Shown piece by piece: positions 17,420 through 28,007 of a stretch of DNA of 64,000 nucleotides (the first letter of the stretch is position 1; the number at the start of each line of letters is the position of its first letter). Position numbers and translations under genes: made by a program. The notes under the pieces were generated by a model. The model was not told where the DNA came from. It searched no databases and was given only the letters and a program-made list of their open reading frames with translations. Origin of the DNA: Candidatus Poribacteria bacterium (GTDB lineage: Bacteria > Poribacteria > WGA-4E > WGA-3G); the NCBI GenBank assembly GCA_965205015.1, contig OZ242029.1:4256001-4320000 (forward strand), read 5' to 3'.

Positions 17420-19213
17420 TTATTGCTTTTCACGCAAACGCGCTTCTAACGCTGCCAATTCATCGGACAACGCTTCGGGCAGTGTTTCCTCGAAGCGTGC
17501 GTAATGTTCCCGAATGGATTCAATTTCGTTGAGCCATTCTTCGACATTGACATCCAGGAGTTCTGCCATTTGCTCGTCTGTTACGTCTAATCCATTGGTA
17601 TCAATGGCACCGGATTCGGGTAAGTAACCGATCGGTGTTTCAACTGCCTCACCTTTACCAGAGACACGTTCCACGATCCATTTCAACACACGACTGTTTT
17701 CTCCGAAGCCGGGCCAGAGCCATCCACCGTCAGCGTCTTTGCGGAACCAATTGACATAGAAAATCTTCGGCAATTTGCTGGTGTCGGTGTTTTTACCCAT
17801 CTCCAACCAGTGTGCGAAGTAATCGCCCATATTGTATCCGCAGAACGGAAGCATCGCCATCGGGTCGCGTCGGAGTTCACCGACGGTGCCTGCGGCGGCT
17901 GCAGTGCGTTCAGAGGAAGCAATGGAACCGATAAAGGTACCGTGCTGCCAATCAAACGCTTCAAATACGAGGGGGACGGTCGTGGCACGGCGTCCACCGA
18001 AAAGGATCGCCGAGATCGGGACACCGTTCGGGTTCTCCCAATTCGGATCGATGATCGGGCATTGCGCAGCGGGGGTGGTATAGCGTGAATTTGGGTGTGC
18101 TGCTGTTTTTGCATCACCGGGGTGCCACGCTTCACCGAGCCAACTCGTGAGGGTTTCGGGGAGCTCTTCGCTCATCTCTTCCCACCAGACATCACCATCT
18201 TCTGTGAGGGCGGCATTCGTGAAGATTGAGTTTGATGCGAGCGTATGCATCGCGTTCGGATTGGTGTCCATTGATGTGCCGGGTGCAACGCCGAAGAAAC
18301 CTGCTTCGGGATTAATTGCGTAGAGTCTTCCATCTTCACCGAATTTCATCCAGGCGATGTCGTCACCGATGGTCTCCGCTTTCCAACCGGGAATGGTTGG
18401 TGTGAGCATCGCGAGGTTCGTCTTACCACAGGCACTTGGGAACGCTGCGGCGATATAGGTCTTCTCGCCTTCCGGACTCGTTAATCCCAAAATGAGCATG
18501 TGTTCTGCCATCCATCCATCGTTTTTCGCCATAATAGAGGCGATACGGAGGGCATAGCATTTTTTGCCGAGCAGGGCGTTGCCACCGTAGCCGCTACCGT
18601 AGGACCAGATAGAGCGTTCCTCGGGAAAATGGACGATGTATTTGTTATCCGAATCGCAGGGCCAGACGACATCGGCTTGTCCGGGTTCAAGGGGCATTCC
18701 GACGGAGTGTAGACACGGCACAAAGTCACCGTCTTCGCCTAAGACATCTAACACGGCACTGCCCATGCGTGTCATAATCCGCATATTCACAACAACGTAG
18801 GGGGAATCGCTAATTTCAACACCGATGTGTGAGATGGGTGAACCGAGGGGTCCCATGCTGAACGGCACAACATACATCGTCCTGCCTTTCATGCACCCCT
18901 TGAAAAGCCCTTTGAGGGTTTCTTTCATCTCATCGGGATCGTGCCAGTTGTTTGTCGGTCCTGCTTCCAGTGGCGTTTTCGCGCAGATAAACGTTCGGTC
19001 TTCAACGCGGGCGACATCGCCAGGGTCAGAACGCGCCAGGTAACTCCCTGGACGTTTTTCGGGGTCTAAGCGAATAAAGGTCCCTTTTTGAACTAATTCT
19101 TCGCAAAGTCGATCGTTTTCTTCTTGAGAACCGTCGCACCAGTAGATAGAATCGGGTTGGCAAAGCGCAGCGGCTTCTTCGACCCAACTCTGTAATTTCT
19201 TGTTTTTGGTCAT
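17420..19213 (-). CDS. pckG: Phosphoenolpyruvate carboxykinase (GTP)
   Basis: [57 protein letters not shown]. Confidence 0.97.
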   Translation of the reverse strand: MTKNKKLQSWVEEAAALCQPDSIYWCDGSQEENDRLCEELVQKGTFIRLDPEKRPGSYLARSDPGDVARVEDRTFICAKTPLEAGPTNNWHDPDEMKETLKGLFKGCMKGRTMYVVPFSMGPLGSPISHIGVEISDSPYVVVNMRIMTRMGSAVLDVLGEDGDFVPCLHSVGMPLEPGQADVVWPCDSDNKYIVHFPEERSIWSYGSGYGGNALLGKKCYALRIASIMAKNDGWMAEHMLILGLTSPEGEKTYIAAAFPSACGKTNLAMLTPTIPGWKAETIGDDIAWMKFGEDGRLYAINPEAGFFGVAPGTSMDTNPNAMHTLASNSIFTNAALTEDGDVWWEEMSEELPETLTSWLGEAWHPGDAKTAAHPNSRYTTPAAQCPIIDPNWENPNGVPISAILFGGRRATTVPLVFEAFDWQHGTFIGSIASSERTAAAAGTVGELRRDPMAMLPFCGYNMGDYFAHWLEMGKNTDTSKLPKIFYVNWFRKDADGGWLWPGFGENSRVLKWIVERVSGKGEAVETPIGYLPESGAIDTNGLDVTDEQMAELLDVNVEEWLNEIESIREHYARFEETLPEALSDELAALEARLREKQ

Positions 19214-19353
19214 CTAAACCTCCAAGTATTGAATATTCTGGTTATTACTTCCATCTATAATTTTATAACATATTTTCGCACTTGGCAAATTAAAAGGATA
19301 AGGTTGTTTATAGTAGATTTTACAATTATTCATGGGATGTTATCAGGAAGCAT

Positions 19354-21291
19354 CTAAAACGCCGCGCCGAGGTTAACGTGGATTTTTCCTCGCAATAGAG
19401 AATCTCCTGCCGCGAGTCCATAATTGATGCGTAAGATACCGCCCCTTGATTCAAGGCGCGCCCCGAATCCGTAGCCGACTCGGAGTGTGTCAAAAACGGA
19501 TGGGGTTTCAATCAAGGTTACAGCCCCTAAATCGGTGAAGACAAAAATTTGCGAATCGGGTCCGACGAGGAATCGGTATTCGAGGTTGGCATACACCCGG
19601 CGCGGTCCAGAGAACCAGTCTTCATCGTACCCGCGCAAAGTGGTCGCACCACCGAGATAGAAGAGTTCAGTCGGAGGGATGTTAACACCCCAGGCAGCGG
19701 CACCGTGGAGTTCAACGGCGATAGTCTGCTTCCGCCATGTTGGAAAGTATTGTTGTAGGGAAAGCCATGCTTTTCGGAGACGGAAATCGCTTCGTGACAC
19801 TTCGAAGGCGATGCTATCACGCCGCCCGCGGGTCGGATTCAGAAAATAGTCCCGGGTATCTCGTGTCAATCGGAATGTGACACTGTATTTCGTACCGATG
19901 TAGGGTGTAGGCTCGGTAGGTAGAATCGCACCTGGATCGGGGAGTACCGGCGTTTGAAAATCGAGCGTAGGGGTTATCCCTGAAGGGGGACCAACATTTG
20001 GTACGTTAATCCGTTTATATCCCAACGTCATAATCCCTTCAAAGACGCGTCCGAAGTTCGTTGTCGTACTGAGGCTACCAGACTGTTCTTCAGAAACGGT
20101 TTCTGAAGCGTTATCAGTGAAACTTTGGAGTTGTCCTCTATTGGGAGTGCGTTGTTCGAGTTGCCCGTATTCTATGCCGATAGTTAGCGGTTTACCGAAT
20201 ATCCACGGTTCCGCGTAGCCGAATCGTAAGATCTTCAGCAGACCGGATTTCCAATAGAGGTTAACCTGTCTGCCCGTTCCTAAGAGGTTGGTTTCGCGCG
20301 CCTCAAACACGCCAGTGAGTTGCGGCGCAGCGTCGGCATCTGAATCCGGTGGTGCATATCCGACAACGCCGCTCAGTTGCCCTGTTCGTGCTTCGGTGAC
20401 TCGCGCGTGGAAGTTGATTTTATCTTCTGTCTCGCCCGCTTCCAACACATTTGGATCAACTTGATAGAAATACCCCAAATTTCGTAAGCGGCGGTAGCTT
20501 GTGTCGATGTCACGCTGCTTGAAGTTTTGGTTTGGTTTCACGTGAATTTCCCGAAGGACTACCTGAGTTTTCGTTTTCTTGAGTCCGCTGACTTTAACTT
20601 CACCTATCCGGACCTGTGCGCCTTCGCGAATATTCAACTCGAAATTGATGGTGCCTGTTTCTGGCAAAAGCTGAATATTCTTGGGCTCAATCTCAACTTT
20701 CGGATATCCGTGTTCACTGTACAGAGTTTGGATGCGTTCAATACCCTGTTCCAATGCCACCTGTGTAAATAATCTTCCCTCTTTTATACCGAATTGATCT
20801 CGAATTTCGGATTCTGAAAGGCGTTGATTTCCCGAAAATGTTAACGTCCCAGTACGGAGTGCTTTACCTTCAACAATTTCTACCGTGATAGACACAAGTG
20901 TCTCGCCGCTGCCTTGTCCAGTTTCAGAAATTATTGTGAGGGTGGGAGATGTCTCCGCGAATATAAAGCCTTCGTCCCGATAGCCTGTTATGATGCGTTC
21001 AAATCCTGCTATAATTTCTTCACGGGAATAGAGTTTTTCTTTTTTCCACCCGAACAGGGTTATCAGTTTTTTCTCATTTAAATGTGCATTCCCATTAAAA
21101 CGGAGCTGGCGAATACGGTAGCGTGATTGTGTCGTCTCTTCTGAGTCGTCGTCTCGTATTAGGACATTTTCCGAGGGGGTGTTCTGTCCAGGATTATCTG
21201 AGCCATACAACAGTGTTTGCGGGTGACTTGCGAGACAAAAGAGGATACTGCTGAAAAGTAGTATGAGTTGTGGAGGTTGAGGTCTGTGCAT
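19354..21291 (-). CDS. Omp85/BamA-TamA family outer membrane protein (POTRA domains + beta-barrel)
   Basis: About 3 POTRA repeats; NLLGTGR; FYLGGATTLRGY; terminal Phe. Confidence 0.88.
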   Translation of the reverse strand: MHRPQPPQLILLFSSILFCLASHPQTLLYGSDNPGQNTPSENVLIRDDDSEETTQSRYRIRQLRFNGNAHLNEKKLITLFGWKKEKLYSREEIIAGFERIITGYRDEGFIFAETSPTLTIISETGQGSGETLVSITVEIVEGKALRTGTLTFSGNQRLSESEIRDQFGIKEGRLFTQVALEQGIERIQTLYSEHGYPKVEIEPKNIQLLPETGTINFELNIREGAQVRIGEVKVSGLKKTKTQVVLREIHVKPNQNFKQRDIDTSYRRLRNLGYFYQVDPNVLEAGETEDKINFHARVTEARTGQLSGVVGYAPPDSDADAAPQLTGVFEARETNLLGTGRQVNLYWKSGLLKILRFGYAEPWIFGKPLTIGIEYGQLEQRTPNRGQLQSFTDNASETVSEEQSGSLSTTTNFGRVFEGIMTLGYKRINVPNVGPPSGITPTLDFQTPVLPDPGAILPTEPTPYIGTKYSVTFRLTRDTRDYFLNPTRGRRDSIAFEVSRSDFRLRKAWLSLQQYFPTWRKQTIAVELHGAAAWGVNIPPTELFYLGGATTLRGYDEDWFSGPRRVYANLEYRFLVGPDSQIFVFTDLGAVTLIETPSVFDTLRVGYGFGARLESRGGILRINYGLAAGDSLLRGKIHVNLGAAF

Positions 21292-21576
21292 CCATTCTCT
21301 CCATTAAGTTAGAGTCTGTGACATCGAAAATAATTTTAACATGCACGCTGTGCTACAAGCAAACCGGTGCTTCAATAGAGACAATTTCCTGATTGCGATC
21401 TTGTGAGAAATCAATCTTCAATTAGCGCGATACTTTGATGGACGAGAAAAAATTTGATAATAATTCGAAATTGTGGTATCATAATTGGTTAAGGGATGTT
21501 ACATTTATAAATTATTCAAAGAAATTTTGGCAATATGGGCATGAAAGTTACGCCCACAAGGAGATAGATATATATT

Positions 21577-23559
21577 ATGCCAAATGCCTTATTTGTTTAT
21601 CCTAAATTTCCGCCGTCCTATTGGGGTTTTAAGTACGCTTTAGAATTTCTTGGTAAAGAATCATCAATGCCCCCGCTTGGATTGTTGACGATCGCTGGCA
21701 TGTTCCCCAAGAATTATAACTTAAAAGTCGTTGATATGAACATTGAACCGCTGACGGATGCGCATCTTGAGTGGGCGGATGTCGCGCTGACATCGACGAT
21801 GATTGTTCAAAAAGACTCGCTTTATGAAGTTGCCGAACGATGTAATCGAGCATCCGTCCCTATCATTGCTGGCGGCCCGCACCCGACTTCCTACTATGAT
21901 AATATTAAAGAAGAAACAGATGCTGTGATTGACCATTTTCTCTTCGGTGAAGTTGAGGAGATCTTTGAAGAGTTCTTAACCGATTTTGAGAGCGGTTGTG
22001 CGGAGGAAATTTATCGCGAAAAGCGGAAACCGGATATCACGAAGACCCCGCCGCCGCGCTACGATCTTATTGATATTAATGCTTACGGCTCAATGGCACT
22101 CCAGTTTTCACGGGGATGCCCTTTCAATTGTGAGTTTTGCGACATTACGAAGTTGTTCGGGCGCGTGCCACGCACGAAAAGCAATGAACAGATGCTTGCT
22201 GAGTTTGAACTGCTCTATAAACTCGGTTGGGAAGGTGCGATGTTCGTTGTTGATGACAACTTTATCGGTAACAAGCGCGATGCAATGCGTTTACTTCCTG
22301 CTGTGCAGCAGTGGCAAAAGGAACGTCAATTTCCATTTTCTCTCTACACCGAAGCGAGTGTAAACCTTGTCGAAATCCCTGAGATGCTTGACGCAATGAG
22401 CGACGCCGGTTTTAACATGGTATTTCTCGGTATTGAGAGTCCCAATGATGAAGCACTCCTCAGCACCTCCAAAGGACAAAACACCAGTAAAGAGGAGGAG
22501 GCAGGGAGTTACCTCTTGCGCGCAATTAGGAAGATACAGAGCAGGGGCATGGAGGTCACAGGTGGATTTATTATCGGGCTTGATGGCGATACGGAATTTG
22601 ATTCGCACATCAATTTTATTCAAGAAGCAGGCATTCCCATGGCGATGGCTGGCTTGCTGACTGCTTTGAAGGAGACGGACCTTTGGCACCGACTGAAACA
22701 AGAAGATCGGTTGCTTGTAGAATCCAGCGGAAATAATACCGATATGAGTCTCAATTTCGTACCGGAAATGCCGCGCGATGAACTTATTGCGGAATATCGA
22801 CGTGTCGTTTCAACGCTCTATGATCCAACCTTAAAGAACTATTTTGCGCGATGTTTGACATTGCTTGAGCACATGCCTCGAACGTCACACAACGTGAGAT
22901 CGATTCGAATGGAAGAATTGCGTGCCTTTATGCGATCCATCCGGCAACAACTTTTCTCCAGACAAGGATGGGAGTACACCCGGTTTTTGCTGAAGGCTCT
23001 CAAAAACCACCGGAAGATGTTTCCAGAAGCCGTGCGATTGGCAGTCATGGGTTACCACTTGGAGAAAACGACGCGTCATACGATCGCTGTTGAAGATTTC
23101 AGGAACTTCTTAGATCACGAAATGGATACGTTTAAGGAGGAGATCTCACAGTTTTCACACGCACCAGACAACCGGATGAGTGAGATTCAGAACTATTCGC
23201 GGCAACTCTTTGATCGTGTTAAGAAGGAATACGATTCAATTCACGAGGATTTCCGATACGCAGCGCACAGTGCACTTGCCGGGTTTCAGAAGTCGGTGTT
23301 CAAGGAGTACTTGGACGCGGAGTTCAATGCTTTTAAAGCAGCTGTCGGCACTTTCGCTAAGGCACAGACTGAAAGACTTGGTGAGCTCCAGATGTATGTC
23401 CACAATCTCTTTACCCGTGTTCGCGCGCAACATGAGCAACTCCACGACGATTTCAAGCAGAACGTCCAAGAATCTTTTGACGCTTTCCGAGACTCTGTCC
23501 AGCGGCATTTAGAGCAGCTCTTCGGTTCTGTTCCTGTGAAGATTGAAGGATTAAGTTAG
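21577..23559 (+). CDS. B12-binding radical SAM protein (HpnP/DUF4070-like) with C-terminal helical extension
   Basis: PPLGLLT, GGPHPT, SRGCPFNCEFC, VDDNFIGN, FLGIES, GGFIIGLD. Confidence 0.88.
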   Translation: MPNALFVYPKFPPSYWGFKYALEFLGKESSMPPLGLLTIAGMFPKNYNLKVVDMNIEPLTDAHLEWADVALTSTMIVQKDSLYEVAERCNRASVPIIAGGPHPTSYYDNIKEETDAVIDHFLFGEVEEIFEEFLTDFESGCAEEIYREKRKPDITKTPPPRYDLIDINAYGSMALQFSRGCPFNCEFCDITKLFGRVPRTKSNEQMLAEFELLYKLGWEGAMFVVDDNFIGNKRDAMRLLPAVQQWQKERQFPFSLYTEASVNLVEIPEMLDAMSDAGFNMVFLGIESPNDEALLSTSKGQNTSKEEEAGSYLLRAIRKIQSRGMEVTGGFIIGLDGDTEFDSHINFIQEAGIPMAMAGLLTALKETDLWHRLKQEDRLLVESSGNNTDMSLNFVPEMPRDELIAEYRRVVSTLYDPTLKNYFARCLTLLEHMPRTSHNVRSIRMEELRAFMRSIRQQLFSRQGWEYTRFLLKALKNHRKMFPEAVRLAVMGYHLEKTTRHTIAVEDFRNFLDHEMDTFKEEISQFSHAPDNRMSEIQNYSRQLFDRVKKEYDSIHEDFRYAAHSALAGFQKSVFKEYLDAEFNAFKAAVGTFAKAQTERLGELQMYVHNLFTRVRAQHEQLHDDFKQNVQESFDAFRDSVQRHLEQLFGSVPVKIEGLS

Positions 23560-23566
23560 TCAGACC

Positions 23567-25108
23567 ATGGCGTCTATTGAGATAGAGAATCTCGGTTTTA
23601 CCTATCCGAGTCGTGAAGCCCCGACACTGCGCAATATTACAACGCGTGTGCCTTCTGGGGCGTTTGTGTTACTGACGGGTCCAACAGGATGTGGTAAGTC
23701 CACTTTACTGCGGACACTCAACGGTTTGATTCCGCATGCTTCGGCGGGAATGTTCACCGGGACGGTCCGTGTTAACGGTCAAGACATCGCCGCCCAATCT
23801 CTGGCGGCCACGTGTCAACAGGTCGCTCTCCTCTTCCAGAATCCCGACGATCAACTCTTTTGCACGCGAGTTGAAGACGAAATCGCCTTTGGACTCGAAA
23901 ATCTCAGTTTCCCTCCCGAAGAAATTAAGGAACGGATTGTTGTTGCCTTGAAACAGGTAGGACTCCCCGACTTTGCATCGCGGGAGATCTCATCACTTTC
24001 TGGGGGGCAAAGACAGCGCGTTGCTCTTGCTGCTGTCTGTGCGATGCAACCACGAGTCCTGCTGTTGGATGAACCGACAAGTCATCTGGATCCGCAGGGG
24101 GCGCGCGACATCCTTACTATCGTCACACAATTGAATACGGGGTTAGGGATAACAGTGATTTTGGCCACCCATCGAACGAAAGAAATTGCTCCGTTGTGTG
24201 ACCATGTATGGCTGATGAACGAAGGACGCCTCTATCTGGATCTGCCCCAAGTGGAAGCATTTCAAGATCTCACGCCATACCAGCATTTAGGTGTGCAGGT
24301 TCCGAAAACCGAGGAATCCTCAGTAGATGCACCCCTATCGAATTCCGCAACTGCATCCCGAAAAGGTACTTACGAAACGACATCGCAAGCTCCTCTCCTC
24401 AGTATCCGCGAACTCCAATTCAGCTATCCGAACACCGATGCGGATGCAGTGCGCTCAATTTCCTGCGAAGTGCCGCGTGGGGAAGTGCTCGCTGTTATGG
24501 GCGCGAACGGTTCTGGTAAGACGACCTTGATTCATCTCATCGCGGGGTTGTTGCGTCCGGCGACAGGCGACGTTGTCATTGCTGGGAAGTCGTCCAGTCG
24601 TCCGAAACTTCATCAATTAGCGGGTAAAGTCGGTATCGTTTTTCAGGATCCAGACCTATTGCTGCAAGCGGAGACGGTTCGAGATGAGGTGGCATTCGGA
24701 CCCAAAAACCTCAAATTCCCCGCACGGACCCTCGAAAATAGGATTGATGGAACACTTGCGCGATTTGACTTACGAGATCTTGGCTCGGAGGCACCTTATT
24801 CGCTGTCTCGAGGGCAACGCCAACGGGTTGCTGTCGCAGCAACCTTTTCACTACACCCCGACCTTTTTCTCCTTGATGAACCCACCACGGGTCAAGATGC
24901 GCAACATCTCCACCAGTTGATGGACGCACTCTGCGACGAGATCCGCCGCGAAAATAAAACCCTCATTTTTGCAACACACGACACGGAACTCACCTTGAGA
25001 TACGCGGATCGTGTCCTCTTATTGCACGAGGGGGCAGTAATTTTTGACGGCGCACCAGATACTGCTTTTGCAAATCCTGAACTTCTACAGCAGGCATCGC
25101 TATCATAA
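23567..25108 (+). CDS. ECF-type ABC transporter duplicated ATPase
   Basis: Two Walker A motifs (GPTGCGKS, GANGSGKT); FQNPDDQL; LSGGQRQR/LSRGQRQR; LLDEPT. Confidence 0.92.
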   Translation: MASIEIENLGFTYPSREAPTLRNITTRVPSGAFVLLTGPTGCGKSTLLRTLNGLIPHASAGMFTGTVRVNGQDIAAQSLAATCQQVALLFQNPDDQLFCTRVEDEIAFGLENLSFPPEEIKERIVVALKQVGLPDFASREISSLSGGQRQRVALAAVCAMQPRVLLLDEPTSHLDPQGARDILTIVTQLNTGLGITVILATHRTKEIAPLCDHVWLMNEGRLYLDLPQVEAFQDLTPYQHLGVQVPKTEESSVDAPLSNSATASRKGTYETTSQAPLLSIRELQFSYPNTDADAVRSISCEVPRGEVLAVMGANGSGKTTLIHLIAGLLRPATGDVVIAGKSSSRPKLHQLAGKVGIVFQDPDLLLQAETVRDEVAFGPKNLKFPARTLENRIDGTLARFDLRDLGSEAPYSLSRGQRQRVAVAATFSLHPDLFLLDEPTTGQDAQHLHQLMDALCDEIRRENKTLIFATHDTELTLRYADRVLLLHEGAVIFDGAPDTAFANPELLQQASLS

Positions 25109-25127
25109 TTTTTCTCTACCGAGAGTC

Positions 25128-25157
25128 TTGACAAACCCTTATCAAGTATGTTATACT
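25128..25157 (+). promoter_or_regulatory. Sigma70-type promoter
   Basis: TTGACA-N18-TATACT with extended TG. Confidence 0.55.
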
Positions 25158-25292
25158 CTGATTATAGTAAGTCCCACAATTACGTGGACACTGGGGCGAG
25201 GTTAGAAACCTCGCCAGCGGGATGCAGGATGGTGCTGCTACTCCCTGAGGTGTTAACTTATTTTTTGACTTTGCTATAAAAGGAGGTTTCAC

Positions 25293-25688
25293 ATGGTTAC
25301 CCGGGAAGATATTCAAGCGACATGTGATGATATAGTCCGTGAATTTGCACCGCTCCAAGTGATCCTCTTCGGTTCCTATGCCTATGGCACGCCTACAGAG
25401 GACTCGGATGTAGATTTGCTTGTCGTGATGGACATTCCGAAGTCAGAGTTTACTCGTAAAGCTATTGAGATACGACAACGAATTCCCTACCGTTTCGGTC
25501 TGGACCTCTGGGTACGCTCTCCAGAAGAAATTGCGTATCGCGTCTCATATAACGACTGGTTTCTCCGCGAGATCACCGAAAAAGGAGATTCAAGAACCGC
25601 CAAGGATACCCAGCACGCTATACGTATCTGTGACGAGGTGCGCCAAGCCGTTCGCGCACAATTGAAACTCTCAATATCTGTGAATTGA
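25293..25688 (+). CDS. Minimal nucleotidyltransferase (MNT) fused to a HEPN-like C-terminal remnant
   Basis: ILFGSYAYG...DSDVDLLVV; tail GDSRTAKDTQHAIRICDEVRQAVRAQL resembles the last helix of HEPN proteins. Confidence 0.75.
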   Translation: MVTREDIQATCDDIVREFAPLQVILFGSYAYGTPTEDSDVDLLVVMDIPKSEFTRKAIEIRQRIPYRFGLDLWVRSPEEIAYRVSYNDWFLREITEKGDSRTAKDTQHAIRICDEVRQAVRAQLKLSISVN

Positions 25689-26434
25689 CGTTGAAATGGA
25701 TGCCTAAAAGACAAATGCTTAAAAACCTTCAATTCTCCATAACGCTTCTATCCGTCCTCCTCTTCACCAACGTGCTCTACGGTGCTCCGTTAAAAACGCT
25801 CTCCTTAGATTTCACGCGCGAATTGACTGAAAATGATAAAACGGAGCACATCGCAGGCACGCTGCATTACGACGTAAAAGCTACACGCGTTGTCGTTGAG
25901 GTCACCGAACCGCTCAAGCAGATAATGGTTGTAAAGGACAAGGCGTTAGAGATTTATTATCCCGTAGAGAAGCAGGCGTTCCGGTTTATTTCTGAAGGGC
26001 AAATCCCGCTCCCGTTTGTTGAATCCATTGTTCAGTCTACACAAGCGGAGCATGGATTAACCGCGATCGGGTATTCTTTGGAAAAGCACGATATCGTAGG
26101 CGAGGTTCTCTATAGCTACTGGCGTCCCCCTAAGAAAGCGAAAGACCAACTCGGCACTATTATCCTGGGTATGCAGGACGACAAGCTTATCTCTGCCGAA
26201 GTCAAGAATCCGAAAGGTCATATCATCGGCAGATCGCACTATCAGAACCACAGCAGAGTCGGCATGAGCTATGTTCCGATGATGGTTACTTCCAGCACTT
26301 ACGGCGAGAAATCTGAAGTCCTTCAACACGAACACATTGTCTATAGCAACGCACAGGTGAACGCAGATCCACCGAATCCAATACTCAATTTCACAATCCC
26401 TGAATCTGTGGAGGTTAAAGACGTTAAATGGTAA
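25685..26434 (+). CDS. Exported LolA-like fold hypothetical protein (start may be 25700 or 25715)
   Basis: Signal peptide; LDFTREL...GTLHY...EVTEPLKQIMVV...IYYP pattern; terminal FTIPESVEV. Confidence 0.6.
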   Translation: MTLKWMPKRQMLKNLQFSITLLSVLLFTNVLYGAPLKTLSLDFTRELTENDKTEHIAGTLHYDVKATRVVVEVTEPLKQIMVVKDKALEIYYPVEKQAFRFISEGQIPLPFVESIVQSTQAEHGLTAIGYSLEKHDIVGEVLYSYWRPPKKAKDQLGTIILGMQDDKLISAEVKNPKGHIIGRSHYQNHSRVGMSYVPMMVTSSTYGEKSEVLQHEHIVYSNAQVNADPPNPILNFTIPESVEVKDVKW

Positions 26435-26856
26435 ATCGTCTCGTTCTTTTTTGTCTGTGCTGTTTATCCGCCATTATTTTTGTTTCACCGGCGTTTTCGG
26501 GGGAAGCCTCCGACTTGGCATTCATCCGTGAAGCCAACCCAATTACAATGCCGAGCGCACAGAAAGTTGTCCGTTTTAATCCGCAGGAACCTTCCGAACT
26601 GAAACTCGTCGCGACGGGATTGATTCGGCTTTATCAGAAGTTTGTCTCCAGTCAAGACGGTCCGACATGCAACTTCCAACTGACATGTTCTCGCTTCGGC
26701 ATGGCATGTATACAGGAATATGGTGTCTTACGCGGGATATTGCTGACAGCGGATAGACTCCTCCGATGTAACGGATCGCAGTCGCAACATTACCATAAAG
26801 ACAGCGTAACGGGAAAATACATTGACCCTGTTTCAGACTATGCAACACTGAAATAG
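26428..26856 (+). CDS. YidD-like (membrane protein insertion efficiency factor domain) protein with signal peptide
   Basis: IRLYQKFVS...CNFQLTCSRFG...YG...G....DRLLRCN...DP. Confidence 0.8.
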   Translation: MVNRLVLFCLCCLSAIIFVSPAFSGEASDLAFIREANPITMPSAQKVVRFNPQEPSELKLVATGLIRLYQKFVSSQDGPTCNFQLTCSRFGMACIQEYGVLRGILLTADRLLRCNGSQSQHYHKDSVTGKYIDPVSDYATLK

Positions 26857-26929
26857 TCGAGAAGCTGGTTCACTCCATTCAACTTGGCGGAAATCCGCAG
26901 AAATATCGAATTTTGTCTGGGAATAGACT

Positions 26930-26957
26930 GGATTTAGTCTGCGGATAGACTAAATCC
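26930..26957 (+). terminator. 11-bp inverted repeat, possible terminator
   Basis: ggatttagtct-gcggat-agactaaatcc followed by gtttctt. Confidence 0.4.
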
Positions 26958-27008
26958 GTTTCTTGTATTACATTGCAAAAACTCCAAACAAAAACACCTA
27001 CGAGTTCT

Positions 27009-27893
27009 ATGAACACTACGCAAATTCCCAAGTTCCTGCTCATAATCTTCCTCACGCTTACATTTCTATCCTTTACAGCTGCTGAAGAGCCCATTGAATA
27101 CTATACTCCTGAAAACGTCCGTAAATTTGCCGATTTTCTGTATGAACAAGGCGACTATCTCCGCGCAGCGGGTGAATATCAACGTTATCTCTTTTATCAG
27201 CCACAAGAAAGCGAGCAGATACGCTATAGAATTGCCCTCTGCTATCGTTTTGCGGGGGATATAGAACAAGCCGTTCAAAATTTTCAGACACTTTTACGGA
27301 TGCATCCTGAAGGAGGGTTCGTGAGTCGTGCTTACTATCAGATCGGTGCGACCTATTTCTTGCAGGATCAGTTTGCACAATCCGCACGATTTCTACATCA
27401 AACGCTGCCGCGCATAACGGATACACGGCAGCACGCCGAAGCCGAGCAGCTGATCGGGCTCTCTTATCTGATGCAGAAACAGTGGTCGGAAGCAGGTGAG
27501 ATCTTCAAGACATTGCAGGGGTCGAAAGTGGCTTCAGTCGGGCAAAAGGCGGTAGTGTATCACAATTTTGCAAAGGCGGGTGCGCGTTTGCCCACCCGTA
27601 GTCCGTTTTTAGCTGGGGTGCTCTCTACAATCATTCCTGGAGCTGGACGACTCTATACGGGCAGGCTCAGCGACGCGCTTAATGCTTTGATGGTTGTTAG
27701 CATCACGGGTTGGCAGGCTTACGATGGTTTCCGAAGGGATGGTATATCATCAGTGAAGGGGTGGACGCTCGGCACGATCAGCGGTATCTTCTATGTCGGC
27801 AATATCTACGGCTCAGTCATTTCAGCTCGCGTTTACAATCGCCGGATAGCAGACGAATTTTTGGCAACATTATCTATCGAATTGCCGTATTAA
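27009..27893 (+). CDS. Exported TPR protein with C-terminal membrane (TM2/DUF5683-like) segment
   Basis: TPR helices; SPFLAGVLSTIIPGAGRLYTG. Confidence 0.8.
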   Translation: MNTTQIPKFLLIIFLTLTFLSFTAAEEPIEYYTPENVRKFADFLYEQGDYLRAAGEYQRYLFYQPQESEQIRYRIALCYRFAGDIEQAVQNFQTLLRMHPEGGFVSRAYYQIGATYFLQDQFAQSARFLHQTLPRITDTRQHAEAEQLIGLSYLMQKQWSEAGEIFKTLQGSKVASVGQKAVVYHNFAKAGARLPTRSPFLAGVLSTIIPGAGRLYTGRLSDALNALMVVSITGWQAYDGFRRDGISSVKGWTLGTISGIFYVGNIYGSVISARVYNRRIADEFLATLSIELPY

Positions 27894-27941
27894 AATGGCT
27901 ATTGGCTGTCAGCAGTCGACAGTCGGCAGAATATGTGGCGG

Positions 27942-27965
27942 TGTAGGAGGGGTTTGTAACCCCGA
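27942..27965 (+). repeat. GTAG-type REP-like palindrome, family A
   Basis: tgtaggaggggtttgtaaccccga, identical at 60509-60532. Confidence 0.85.
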
Positions 27966-28007
27966 AACCCAGCGGAAGTTGGTAGCGAATTTTCCAATCT
28001 TAATCGA

